From Candidatus Latescibacterota bacterium (lineage in GTDB: Bacteria; Latescibacterota; UBA2968): DNA of 64,000 nucleotides. Location of the stretch: contig JAJEHL010000023.1 in the NCBI GenBank assembly GCA_022823725.1, positions 65,561 through 129,560 of the forward strand, given 5' to 3'. Shown here in pieces: positions 28,467-38,146 of the stretch. The position numbers and the translations under genes are program-made. The notes under the pieces are model-generated. The model searched no databases. It was not told the DNA's origin and worked only from the letters and a program-made list of their open reading frames with translations. Position 1 is the stretch's first letter, and every line of letters begins with the position of its first letter.

Positions 28467-29648
28467 TCACAATTCATCTGATATGGCATCGAGTTTGGCA
28501 CGATTCTCTGGAGTCAGATTCCTCACAGCTTCAAATACAAAGGCAAACAAGCAACTCAATATCAGGCTGAGCCCCCCCGCAATGGCGACCATAAGGCTGC
28601 GGCGTGGATAGCTGCGCGTGTCAGGAGGTCGCGCATAATCCAGGACCGTGACAGTGTGTGTACCTTTTTCATCTTCAAAGCGCGTTTTTTCGTATTCCTG
28701 TTTGATAAACTGATAGATGGCGTTTTGTATTTCAACATCGCGGATGAGTGCCACCGCAGTCAGGCCCAATTCGGGCAATTGTCGGAAGGGCTTAAAAATC
28801 TCTGGCAATTGTCCATCTGAATCGCTCTTGTGCAGGCTATCGGGGAATTGCCCCATAAGCAAATTGTCGAGACCTTCGCGCGTAGTCTGGATTTCCATAT
28901 CGAGCTTTTCCAGTTCGGGATTATCTGCAGTCATCAATTTTGACAGGAAACCGCGCTTGACAATCAGTTCTCCCAGCGAGCCGATGAGAGTGGAAGATAT
29001 TTCCAACTGCGTTTGAATCTGAGTTTCGACGTCTAATACCATGTGCTCGTTCTGAAAATTTCGATAGCGCCGCTCAGCTTTGAGCATCTCCTGCTCGGCT
29101 TCTTTGAGCCTATCTGTCAGATAAGCCAGATAGGCGCGCGTTTTGTCTTGATTGCGTCGTTCAAGCGCGTTTTTGAGTTCTTCAACAAAAGCATTGGTCA
29201 ATTCTGCCGCCAGTTCTGGGGTATCGGCTTCGTAGGAAATCGTGAGAAATTGCTCGCGAGAGAGATCGACTTGCAGACGATTGGATATCATATCGAGCAA
29301 TTCACTTTGATGGCTGGCACCATACCGCGTGGCGAGATCAAACCGCCTGGCAACAGACAGGCGCACGCTTTCGCTTTCAACGACCGGAACAAATTCTGTG
29401 GCAGATATGGCCTCACCGCCCAGTCCCATCAAATTGAGAGGCAGTTCTTGCAAAAGAGTAGATAGTCCCCCTAAGCCACCGCTGGTATCTTGTGGGGGAT
29501 ATACTCTGGCATACGCACGATAGGCTTTGGGCAAGGTCAAAGAAATGCCCGCTGTCACCAGCGTGACGGCAAAAAAGCATGTGAGAATCATGCGCCGCCA
29601 GCGCACGAGAACGTAAATGTAATCGAGGATATTGCGTTCAGATTCCAT
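28467..29648 (-). CDS. Polysaccharide chain-length determinant (Wzz/GumC family)
   Basis: 393 aa. The N-terminal TM plus Wzz domain is ILDYIYVLVRWRRMILTCFFAVTLVTAGISLTLPKAYRA. A long coiled-coil periplasmic region and a C-terminal TM follow. Confidence 0.7.
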   Translation of the reverse strand: MESERNILDYIYVLVRWRRMILTCFFAVTLVTAGISLTLPKAYRAYARVYPPQDTSGGLGGLSTLLQELPLNLMGLGGEAISATEFVPVVESESVRLSVARRFDLATRYGASHQSELLDMISNRLQVDLSREQFLTISYEADTPELAAELTNAFVEELKNALERRNQDKTRAYLAYLTDRLKEAEQEMLKAERRYRNFQNEHMVLDVETQIQTQLEISSTLIGSLGELIVKRGFLSKLMTADNPELEKLDMEIQTTREGLDNLLMGQFPDSLHKSDSDGQLPEIFKPFRQLPELGLTAVALIRDVEIQNAIYQFIKQEYEKTRFEDEKGTHTVTVLDYARPPDTRSYPRRSLMVAIAGGLSLILSCLFAFVFEAVRNLTPENRAKLDAISDEL

Positions 29649-29650
29649 AT

Positions 29651-31342
29651 TCAGTTATTCACTTCCCGGCTAATAAAAATTATACTCAGAATAAGCGATG
29701 CAACAGAACCGAGCACCGCAATGGTTTCTCTCGCAATGCGGTAGCCCTGCCCGGGATCTCGTGCGGGAACAAAAATTGCATCGCCGGGACGCACGAGCGA
29801 TTCTGCAGTGGCATCTATGGCATTGCCTGTATTGCCCTCAACAATGATGATGTCTTTTCGTTTTGCACGCGTGTTAAAACCGCCAGCGAGGTCAATATAA
29901 CCGTCAACCGTAAGTGCCGCGTCATAAGGAATATTTGCCGGCGCAATGACAGCACCTGTAACGCGCACAGAAGGGACAAATCGGGGAATGCGCACGACAT
30001 CGCCATCTTGCAGGAGAATATTGTGCCGCTCATTGCCAGCCATGAGCGCTACAAAATCAATGGGCAAACGCCCCGAAAGCTGCTGGGTTTTGAGGGCAAT
30101 AAGGGCTTCTTCGGCATCGGTGCGCTGTGACCGAGGGATACCGAGCAATCGGTTGAGCGCGGGATCATCTTCAATGGTCTGTTCTTCAAAATTGACTTTG
30201 CGAATAAGAGACGCCTGAACCACGGATGCTTCGGGAGTGAGTTCGGCCTGCTGTAATAATTCTTTGAGACGAAGTCCCTCTTTAAAAGGAAAAGGGCCGG
30301 GAAATTTTACCTCTCCTTCGACATAAATCCACTTTGTTTTGCCGATAACATAGAGTTTATCACCTGACCGCAAAGGGAGATTCGCCTGGGGATCGCCTGC
30401 AAGCGCACCGGCGAGGTCAATGTCTATGGACCTCCACTCGCCATCATCTGACAAGCGCAAAAGGTGGGCGCGTTTGGGAGGGGAATGGGCACGCAAACCA
30501 TTCCCCAAAACAATGAGATCGGACACGCGATCACCAGACGCAAATTCGTAACCGCTCGGGTATTGCACTGCGCCTGCGACATAGATGGAATCGCTGTGAG
30601 CAACGGGCACCACAATTTGTTCTCCATCGAGCATGAAGGGGTTGTACTGTTCATCGCCCGTGCGGTTCCACTGCTCGAGATCGACTCGGCGTCCCGTATT
30701 GTACCATTGTCCATTTTCATTGAGGCGCATGATCTGAATATTGCGCCTCGATCCTTTGCGGTCTGGACCGTCAATAAGGCCTCCGGCTTTGGCGATGAGT
30801 TGCGACGCCTGTTCGACGCCCTCAATGTCAACAGCCCCCGGCATGTGTACTTCGCCAACCACGTTGATGGGAAATGTACGCAAATGTGCAAGACTGATAG
30901 AAACACCGAGTTGATAAAAGCGTTTCTTAATCGCCGCCTGAATGGCACGGTCAGCTTCTGCGAGCGATAAAAACGCAACGGGAATCGGGCCGATAAACGG
31001 GACGAGCAAACTGCCGCTCGCGGCCACGGGGACTTCAAAGGCTTCGATCTCTTCACCGCTACTTACCACAACGGCAAAGATATCACCCGGTCCGACGATA
31101 TAGCGTCCCGACCGGATAACCGCGTCGTAGGCTGCTTTGCTAATGCTTTTGAGTTCAACCAGTGATGTCTCTTCTGTTTTTTTTAGAGAAGGTACGGAAA
31201 AACGGCTGGTAGGTTCGCGTTTTTCTCGAGATTGCGCGTGTGCAGCAAAAGGGTAAAACGCAAAGTCAAAAATGAGCAAGCCCACGAGCACGAAATAAAA
31301 AAGACGCATATAGCGTCCCGGATATGCCATAGAAATAATCAT
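29651..31342 (-). CDS. Polysaccharide export outer-membrane protein (Wza/KpsD-like, Poly_export plus SLBB domains)
   Basis: 563 aa. Signal peptide, then RYIVGPGDIFAVVV...SGSLLVPFIGPIPV (Poly_export) and repeated SLBB-like segments. Confidence 0.75.
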   Translation of the reverse strand: MIISMAYPGRYMRLFYFVLVGLLIFDFAFYPFAAHAQSREKREPTSRFSVPSLKKTEETSLVELKSISKAAYDAVIRSGRYIVGPGDIFAVVVSSGEEIEAFEVPVAASGSLLVPFIGPIPVAFLSLAEADRAIQAAIKKRFYQLGVSISLAHLRTFPINVVGEVHMPGAVDIEGVEQASQLIAKAGGLIDGPDRKGSRRNIQIMRLNENGQWYNTGRRVDLEQWNRTGDEQYNPFMLDGEQIVVPVAHSDSIYVAGAVQYPSGYEFASGDRVSDLIVLGNGLRAHSPPKRAHLLRLSDDGEWRSIDIDLAGALAGDPQANLPLRSGDKLYVIGKTKWIYVEGEVKFPGPFPFKEGLRLKELLQQAELTPEASVVQASLIRKVNFEEQTIEDDPALNRLLGIPRSQRTDAEEALIALKTQQLSGRLPIDFVALMAGNERHNILLQDGDVVRIPRFVPSVRVTGAVIAPANIPYDAALTVDGYIDLAGGFNTRAKRKDIIIVEGNTGNAIDATAESLVRPGDAIFVPARDPGQGYRIARETIAVLGSVASLILSIIFISREVNN

Positions 31343-32238
31343 GTAACGGTGGCCCCCGATGGATCAACTTTGAGGATGCGATAACGCGCTTGTATATTTT
31401 TTTTTGCCCAAATATCGGTCATAGCCCGCCCAATAGCATCGGCATTTTGGGTCGTAAGCGCGATGAGCGTCGGTCCCGCGCCCGAAAGCGCGGCACCCCA
31501 GGCACCTGCTTTGACCGCTGCTGCGAGTATCTGATCAAAGCCCGGAATGAGTTTTGCCCGATAAGGGTGATGCAACCGGTCTTGCATGCCAAGGGCGAGA
31601 TGCTCAAAATTTCCCGTGATCAGCGCTGCTGTAACAATGCACGCTCGGCTTGTACTGAACACGGCGTCACTGTGAGAAATCGCGTCGGGCAAGACATTGC
31701 GAGCATCTTCTGTTTTGAGTTCAAATTCGGGAATGGCGACCACAGCGCGCAATTCTTTCGGCGGCAGGGCGCGCACGCACGCAACGCGGTTGCCATCCAT
31801 AGTAGAAACAGTGAGGCCGCCGAGCAAACAGGGCGAGACATTGTCCGGATGCCCTTCAATAGCCGTGGCAATATCGAGCATCTCCATCTGTGAAAAGGGT
31901 TCACCTAAAAGGCAGTTAGCCGCAATAACACCGCCGACAATGGCAGTTGAACTGCTGCCCAATCCCCGGGCAAGGGGCACGGTATTGTGCATGTGGACAG
32001 CGATTCCAGGCAGTGTTTTCCCCGCATGTTGGGCGGCAAATTGCGCGGCACGGTAGAAGAGATTCTCCTCATCGGCAGACAAAATATCCGTACCTTCCCC
32101 CTCAATGCCAAACGACGCGCCCGGTTGAGAACGGATTCTTACCGCAACATGATTGTAAATGGACAGCGCCATGCCCAGTGCATCATAACCGGGACCGAGA
32201 TTGGCGGTGGAACCGGGTAGCCGGATGTGAAATTCCAT
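31339..32238 (-). CDS. thrB: Homoserine kinase (GHMP kinase)
   Basis: 299 aa. LPGSTANLGPGYDALGMAL, PLARGLGSSSTAIVGG and SGAGPTLIAL align with E. coli ThrB motifs. Its stop overlaps the wza-like start (ATGA). Confidence 0.8.
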   Translation of the reverse strand: MEFHIRLPGSTANLGPGYDALGMALSIYNHVAVRIRSQPGASFGIEGEGTDILSADEENLFYRAAQFAAQHAGKTLPGIAVHMHNTVPLARGLGSSSTAIVGGVIAANCLLGEPFSQMEMLDIATAIEGHPDNVSPCLLGGLTVSTMDGNRVACVRALPPKELRAVVAIPEFELKTEDARNVLPDAISHSDAVFSTSRACIVTAALITGNFEHLALGMQDRLHHPYRAKLIPGFDQILAAAVKAGAWGAALSGAGPTLIALTTQNADAIGRAMTDIWAKKNIQARYRILKVDPSGATVT

Positions 32239-33348
32239 CTATAGTTCTCTAACGAGTTCGGTGCATACCAGATCGGCGAGCAGGAGCCCCTGTCGCGTCA
32301 GACGAACGCGGTTATCAGTTCGTTCCAGCAAATGCTGGTTTGTCATCGCGATATACTGTTTGTGGATTTTCGGATGACTCAAAAAATCTGCACGAAGCCC
32401 CCGACGCTGGCGCAACCCCAACATAATGCGCTCCAGCAGGTGCTGTGTCGGTGTAAGCTGTTCTTCTCTTTCCACTGCATATCCGGTTGCCTCAACGCGC
32501 TGCATATAAGTTTTGAGACCCCGCACATTCCAGAACCGGCGATTGTCGAGATATGAATGCGCAGATAAACCAACGCCCAGATAGGGGCGATCATGCCAGT
32601 AGTTGAGATTGTGACGCGACGCAAATCCCGATCGGGCAAAATTGGAAATTTCGTAATGTGTGTATCCAGCAGCCTCGAGTTGGTCAATAGCATACATATA
32701 CATCTCGGCCTGATCGGTTTCAGGCGGCACATCCAATTGCCCCTTTTGCAGGCGGCGCGCAAAATTGGTCTGAGGTTCAATCGTGAGGCCATACACCGAG
32801 ATGTGTTCGGGACACAACTCAATGGTCCTTTGAAGACTCTTTGCCCATTCTTCAAGCGTCTGTCCCGGCGCGCCGTACATGAGGTCGATACTTATATTCT
32901 TAAATCCCACATCTCGGGCGGCTTGAAACGCAACTATCGCATCTGACGCCTTGTGAAATCGACCGAGTGCTTTGAGTGCGCGATCTGTAAATGCCTGCAC
33001 ACCCAGACTCAAACGGTTGATGCCGTATTCATATAATTTTTCAAAGTATTCGCAATCATTTGGATTGGCCTCTGCCGTAATCTCTGCATCGGGAGAGACC
33101 GCGCTTTTCGCATTTGTCAAGATCCGATTCAATTGTCCAGGTGGTATTGCCGAAGGCGTGCCTCCCCCAAAGTACAGCGTGTTGAACACCGGGAGCGTTC
33201 CAAGAGATTGCATGCGGGTTTGCATTTCTACAATCACCGCATCCATATAGCGCTTTGCCATGTGATTTTTGCCCACGACAAATGCAAAATCGCAATACGG
33301 ACAGCGCGAGTGACAAAATGGAATATGGATGTAAAGACCGAAGTTCAT
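32239..33348 (-). CDS. hemW: Radical SAM heme chaperone HemW (HemN-like coproporphyrinogen-oxidase family)
   Basis: GLYIHIPFCHSRCPYCDFA carries the CxxxCxxC radical-SAM motif, with a HemN C-terminal domain. The ATG at 33348 avoids overlap with lepB. The track ORF extends to 33375. Confidence 0.8.
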   Translation of the reverse strand: MNFGLYIHIPFCHSRCPYCDFAFVVGKNHMAKRYMDAVIVEMQTRMQSLGTLPVFNTLYFGGGTPSAIPPGQLNRILTNAKSAVSPDAEITAEANPNDCEYFEKLYEYGINRLSLGVQAFTDRALKALGRFHKASDAIVAFQAARDVGFKNISIDLMYGAPGQTLEEWAKSLQRTIELCPEHISVYGLTIEPQTNFARRLQKGQLDVPPETDQAEMYMYAIDQLEAAGYTHYEISNFARSGFASRHNLNYWHDRPYLGVGLSAHSYLDNRRFWNVRGLKTYMQRVEATGYAVEREEQLTPTQHLLERIMLGLRQRRGLRADFLSHPKIHKQYIAMTNQHLLERTDNRVRLTRQGLLLADLVCTELVREL

Positions 33349-33355
33349 GAAATTT

Positions 33356-34048
33356 TCACTCCACGAACATACCAATGCGCCGCCAGCGCACGCGCTCGGG
33401 AAAGTGAAACAGATTATAGAGCGCGATACCGAATAGAGACGTCATGTTGCTATATGCGGGGACGCGATCATCAGGTGCCCAGGACCAGTAGAGAATAAAT
33501 GCTTTTCCCCGCATGAGATCGCGCTTGAGAAAACCCCAGTATCGACTGTCTTCACTGCTGTCGCGGTTGTCGCCCATCACGAAATAGCAGTCTTCGGGCA
33601 CGATCTTAGGTCCGTAATTATCCCGCGTATTGGCCACCGATCTCCGCTTGAGAATAACAGAATCGATATATTTAGCCCTGGATGGATCAATCGCGCGCTT
33701 GTCGTCAACATAAAGGATTTTATCTTTTATTTCAACTTTCTGTCCGGGTCCTGCTACAATGCGTTTGATAAAGTCGCGGGATGGATCTCTGGGATACTGA
33801 AAAATAACAATATCTCCGGGATCTGGCGAACGCCACGCGGGCAGTCGAATGTCGGTAAAGGGAATGCGAGCGCCGTAAATAAATTTATTCGCCAACAAAA
33901 AATCGCCGACCAGCAAAGTGTTTTCCATCGATCCTGAAGGAATGCGAAATGCCTGCACGACAAATATGCGAATAAAAAGCGCGAGTGCAAACGCGAGTAA
34001 GATGGCCTTGATATATTCAATAGTCACGGATTTTTTCATAATTAGCAA
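33356..34048 (-). CDS. lepB: Signal peptidase I
   Basis: 230 aa. N-terminal TM, SGSMENTLLVGDFLL (Ser box B) and the GDNRDSSEDSRYWG box E. Confidence 0.85.
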   Translation of the reverse strand: MLIMKKSVTIEYIKAILLAFALALFIRIFVVQAFRIPSGSMENTLLVGDFLLANKFIYGARIPFTDIRLPAWRSPDPGDIVIFQYPRDPSRDFIKRIVAGPGQKVEIKDKILYVDDKRAIDPSRAKYIDSVILKRRSVANTRDNYGPKIVPEDCYFVMGDNRDSSEDSRYWGFLKRDLMRGKAFILYWSWAPDDRVPAYSNMTSLFGIALYNLFHFPERVRWRRIGMFVE

Positions 34049-34190
34049 CCAGCAGTCAGTCCCCTAATCCCAGCCCTATTTTTCATCTGCATTCATCCCT
34101 GCTTACACCCGCAGAGCCTGCCCCGTAGTGTTTTTATACGGGGGACATGCCTGCGTGCATCTGCGTACATCTGCGGATCACACTTCCATC
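34049..34190. repeat. Intergenic modular repeat, copy R3 (full-length) between lepA and lepB
   Basis: agtcagtcccctaatcccagccctatttttcatctgcattcatccctgcttacacccgcagagcctgccccgtagtgtttttatacgggggacatgcctgcgtgcatctgcgtacatctgcggatcacacttcc. Contains the ccccgta/tacgggg hairpin. The start of lepA is placed at 34178 from the ORF track, so the last 13 bp of this element overlap lepA's 3' end. Confidence 0.6.
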
Positions 34191-35977
34191 TGCAAAACAG
34201 CGAGAAACGCCTCTTGAGGGATTTCTACTGCGCCGACTTGTTTCATGCGCTTTTTACCCTCTTTTTGACGTTCGAGGAGTTTGCGCTTGCGGGTAATATC
34301 GCCGCCATAACATTTGGCAGTGACGTTTTTGCGGAAGGGCCGCACGGTTTCGCGCGAAATTATTTTGGCACCGATTGCTGCTTGGATAACGACTTCAAAG
34401 AGCTGGCGCGGGATCAGTGCTTTGAGTTTTTGACTCAACGCGCGCCCCCATTCATAGGCTTTGTCGCGGTGAACAATTGCAGAGAGTGCGTCTAAGGGTT
34501 CGCCGTTGATGAGCAGGTCGAGTTTGACCAGATCTGCTGCCTGGTGTTTTTTGTATTCGTAGTCAAAAGATGCATAACCGCGCGAGACCGATTTGAGGCG
34601 GTCGTAGAAATCGAGCACAATTTCGGATAACGGTAGATCATAGCGCAAGAGCGCACGGGTGGGATCAATGTATTCGGTCGTCCGATAATGGCCCCGACGG
34701 TCTTGTGCAATACGCATAATATTGCCCACATATTCAGAGGGCACCAGAATTTGGGCATCGAGTATCGGTTCGGCAATATCTTCTATATTTCCCGCTGGGG
34801 GCATCTCAGCGGGATTTTGCACATCGACTTGCTCTCCACTGGTCAGGCGCACGCGATATTCGACATTCGGCACAGTAGTGATGATGTCTATGTCAAATTC
34901 GCGATCCAGTCGCTCCTGGATAATTTCCATGTGGAGCAGGCCGAGAAAGCCACATCGAAACCCGAAACCGAGTGCTGTCGAAGTTTCGGGTTCATAGGAT
35001 AATGACGCATCATTCAGGCGCAGTTTTTCGAGTGCAGACCGGAGGTTTTCAAAATCATCTGATGATACGGGATAAAGTCCGGCAAAGACCATGGGTTTGA
35101 CTTCCTGATAGCCGGGTAAAGGATGAATGGCGGGATTCGCAGAGCCAGTGACAGTGTCCCCGACTCGAGCGTCTTCAAGGTCCTTTATCCCCGCGATGAG
35201 ATACCCGACTTCGCCTGCGCTGAGGCTTTGCTGTTTGATACGCTTGAGTTTGAGGGTACCGATTTCTTCGGCGTCGTAATTTTGGCTGGTCGAAAAGAGA
35301 CGCATAGGCATATTTTTTTCTAAAACGCCATCAAAAACGCGTACATAAGCCACGACACCGCGATATTGGTCGAAAATAGAATCGAAGATGAGAGCCTTGA
35401 GCGGAGCATCTGGATCTCCTTCAGGGGGCGGTATCTCATCGATAATAGCGGCCAGGAGTTTATCGATCCCAATGCCCTCTTTAGCACTGATTTTGACAAT
35501 TTCCTCTTCTTCTACACCGAGCAAGTCATGGAGTTGCATGACCACGCGATCTACTTCGGCACCGGGCAGGTCAATCTTGTTGATCACGGGAATGATGAAC
35601 AAGTCGTGCTCCATAGCGAGGAGAACATTGCTAACGGTTTGGGCTTCCACTCCCTGCGCCGCGTCAACGAGGAGCAGCGCACCTTCACACGCGGTGAGAC
35701 TGCGCGAGACCTCATAAGAGAAATCGACATGCCCCGGCGTATCGATGAGATTGAGTTCATAAATCTGACCATCTGGCGCCGTGTAATCCATGCGAATGGC
35801 GTGCGATTTGATGGTAATACCCCGCTCTCGCTCGAGGTCCATGCTGTCGAGCACTTGATCTTGCATCTGAAATTTACTCAGAGTTTGCGTCTGCTCGAGC
35901 AACCGGTCAGCCAGGGTTGATTTTCCGTGATCAATATGCGCAATGATGGAAAAATTTCGAATATTTTGAAGATTCAT
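34178..35977 (-). CDS. lepA: Elongation factor 4 (LepA)
   Basis: 599 aa. G1 [21 protein letters not shown], plus the LepA-specific C-terminal domain. Confidence 0.95.
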   Translation of the reverse strand: MNLQNIRNFSIIAHIDHGKSTLADRLLEQTQTLSKFQMQDQVLDSMDLERERGITIKSHAIRMDYTAPDGQIYELNLIDTPGHVDFSYEVSRSLTACEGALLLVDAAQGVEAQTVSNVLLAMEHDLFIIPVINKIDLPGAEVDRVVMQLHDLLGVEEEEIVKISAKEGIGIDKLLAAIIDEIPPPEGDPDAPLKALIFDSIFDQYRGVVAYVRVFDGVLEKNMPMRLFSTSQNYDAEEIGTLKLKRIKQQSLSAGEVGYLIAGIKDLEDARVGDTVTGSANPAIHPLPGYQEVKPMVFAGLYPVSSDDFENLRSALEKLRLNDASLSYEPETSTALGFGFRCGFLGLLHMEIIQERLDREFDIDIITTVPNVEYRVRLTSGEQVDVQNPAEMPPAGNIEDIAEPILDAQILVPSEYVGNIMRIAQDRRGHYRTTEYIDPTRALLRYDLPLSEIVLDFYDRLKSVSRGYASFDYEYKKHQAADLVKLDLLINGEPLDALSAIVHRDKAYEWGRALSQKLKALIPRQLFEVVIQAAIGAKIISRETVRPFRKNVTAKCYGGDITRKRKLLERQKEGKKRMKQVGAVEIPQEAFLAVLQMEV

Positions 35978-36190
35978 GTTTTTGTGTTGCTACAAGTTTG
36001 GAAAGTCGTATATGAAGACGAGTAGTGAACTGCTGATAAAGCGGCGCAAAACGCCATAAAACATAAGAATATACCGTCTTACTCCGTTGAGGTCAATCAA
36101 AGTGTAGAACCGCAACTCGAGATCACCCCAATTGCGAGTTAAAGGAAAATGTGATTGACAAAATTAAATCTATAGTTTTGTCCAGTTTAA

Positions 36191-36219
36191 TTGACAATGA
36201 TATATAAATTGACTATCTT
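36191..36219 (+). promoter_or_regulatory. sigma70-like promoter candidate for the yicC-gmk-rpoZ-coaBC operon (TTGACA-17-TATCTT)
   Basis: Lies in the AT-rich 295 bp divergent region between lepA and yicC. Confidence 0.25.
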
Positions 36220-36272
36220 TTTTGGCTTTCTAATCCATTGCTTAAGACATTTTTTACCAGGTGGGAGTGGGT

Positions 36273-37145
36273 ATGATCGCCAGCATGACCGGTTTTGGAA
36301 AGGGTGTTGCAGAAGGGGATGTGGGCCGCGTTATTGTTGAAATTCGGTCGGTTAATGGACGCTATGGCGATGTGATAGTACGCATGCCCCGTTCTTTATC
36401 TGAGCTTGAATCTCGCATCAAAGAACGGGTTTTATCAGTCTTTACAAGAGGGCGACTCGATGTGAGTATAACTTTGCAGGGTACTGCATCAGAGCAGGGT
36501 CTTCCTGTACTCAAGCCCGAAGTTCTATCCGCGTATCTCAAAGGAATTGAAGAAATTCGCGCGAATATACCGGGCGATACCGATTTGATGCAAATTGCCC
36601 AGCTACCTCAAATATTCGCATTTGAAATTCCCGAACTCGATTCTGAAGCCCTCTGGAAGGTGGTATCTACTGCACTCAATCAGGCTATTGACGCCTGCCG
36701 GGCCATGTGTCTATCAGAAGGTGAAAAACTCGCCTGTGATCTCCGCACGCGCATTTTAGTGCTCAATGAATTTCTCCAGCGCGTCGAAGAACTCGCACCC
36801 GAGCGAGTAGAAACTGTTCGGACGCGATTAGAGGAAAAATTGGCGCAATTATTAACGCCTGAAAAAATTGATGAGAGCAGGCTGTTGATGGAAATTGCCC
36901 TCCTGGCCGACCGCAGCGACATAACAGAAGAATGCGTGCGTTTTCACAGTCACAACGCACAGTTTCTCGAGATGCTCAACCGCAAGGAAGCAGTTGGTCG
37001 GCGTCTCAATTTTCTGTTGCAAGAAATGCTCAGAGAAGCCAATACCATGGGATCCAAAGCGGGAGACGCGGCGATAGCCCATATAGTCGTGGATATCAAA
37101 GAGGAAATTGAAAAACTCAAAGAACAGGTTCAAAACATCGAGTAA
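36273..37145 (+). CDS. yicC: YicC-family protein (stress-induced endoribonuclease family)
   Basis: MIASMTGFGKG...EIRSVNGRYGD is the YicC N-domain, with a DUF1732 C-domain. ATG at 36273 follows gggag. Confidence 0.8.
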   Translation: MIASMTGFGKGVAEGDVGRVIVEIRSVNGRYGDVIVRMPRSLSELESRIKERVLSVFTRGRLDVSITLQGTASEQGLPVLKPEVLSAYLKGIEEIRANIPGDTDLMQIAQLPQIFAFEIPELDSEALWKVVSTALNQAIDACRAMCLSEGEKLACDLRTRILVLNEFLQRVEELAPERVETVRTRLEEKLAQLLTPEKIDESRLLMEIALLADRSDITEECVRFHSHNAQFLEMLNRKEAVGRRLNFLLQEMLREANTMGSKAGDAAIAHIVVDIKEEIEKLKEQVQNIE

Positions 37146-37180
37146 TGATCGCGGATTAAAGCGGGGCGCAGATAAAGCGG

Positions 37181-37840
37181 ATGGCGCGGATTAAACCAAA
37201 AAAAACGAATGTTGAAAGAATGCGGCAAAAGTTGAGCGATAGTCCCGACGCATTTGCCGTGGTCGTCGCCGGGCCATCGGGGGTGGGAAAAACGTCGATA
37301 TGCCAGAGGGTTTTGCATGCAGATTCCAGCGTGCGGTGCTGTGTGACGACAACGACGCGACCACCACGCGATGACGAAATAGAAGGTCTTGCCCGTCATT
37401 TTGTGACAGTTGCACAATTTGAAGCCATGCAGAAGCGGGGTGATTTTGTCGAGTCTGCAAAAGTACACGGACATCTTTACGGCGCAACATTCGACGCGGT
37501 TGCAAAAGCCCTGAGCGGCGGACAGGTGATGTTAATGGACGTGGATGTGCAAGGCGTAGCCGCGTGGAAAAAGGTCTTGGGAGATCGCTGTGTGACCGTA
37601 TTTGTCGTGCCGCCATCTCTCGATGTGCTTGCAGAGCGACTCAATGCACGACAGTCTGAAAGCACGTCGGCCTTTCGCTTGCGTATGGAAAATGCAGTTT
37701 CTGAACTTGTCCAGGCTAAAAACAGCGATTACGTTGTCGTAAATGACAAATTGGAACAGGCCATTGCCGATTTACTCGCGATTATTCACGCAGAGCGACA
37801 GCGCACACGGCGGATGTGTTTGCGTGGATTGGGTCTCTAA
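37181..37840 (+). CDS. gmk: Guanylate kinase
   Basis: P-loop GPSGVGKTS, with TTRPPRDDEIEG and YGHLYGATF. The start may be the internal ATG at 37220. Confidence 0.9.
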   Translation: MARIKPKKTNVERMRQKLSDSPDAFAVVVAGPSGVGKTSICQRVLHADSSVRCCVTTTTRPPRDDEIEGLARHFVTVAQFEAMQKRGDFVESAKVHGHLYGATFDAVAKALSGGQVMLMDVDVQGVAAWKKVLGDRCVTVFVVPPSLDVLAERLNARQSESTSAFRLRMENAVSELVQAKNSDYVVVNDKLEQAIADLLAIIHAERQRTRRMCLRGLGL

Positions 37841-37918
37841 AAACTCGAGCTGTACTTCCGGCCTATCCCCGGCCCGTTATTGCAGTGCAAGAGCACCATT
37901 TCCGATAAGGAGCGCATT

Positions 37919-38146
37919 ATGTCAAACGTATTTTTTTCTGAAGAATTAACAGCTGAAGAGGATATGAATACCTATAAAGCCGTATTGCTGGCATCAAAAG
38001 AAGCGCGCAGGTTGAATAAAAACCGGCTGGTTGCGGGTGTACCCGAAGGCGAAGAAAAAATAACAACCATTGCACTGGACCGAATTGTGAAAAAGAAAAT
38101 TCAGGTGACCTATGCTGACGGGAAAGAGGATTCTTCTGGGCGTTAG
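37919..38146 (+). CDS. rpoZ: DNA-directed RNA polymerase subunit omega
   Basis: About 75 aa. YKAVLLASKEARRL and KITTIALDRI resemble RpoZ FDLVLVAARRARQ and KTTVIALREI. Conserved gmk-rpoZ-coaBC order. RBS aaggag before the ATG at 37919. Confidence 0.65.
   Translation: MSNVFFSEELTAEEDMNTYKAVLLASKEARRLNKNRLVAGVPEGEEKITTIALDRIVKKKIQVTYADGKEDSSGR

Noticed and set aside
37150-37199. Direct repeat cgcggattaaa x2 in the gmk leader
   Set aside because: Only two short copies and no palindromic structure. It may be chance. Kept as a note only.
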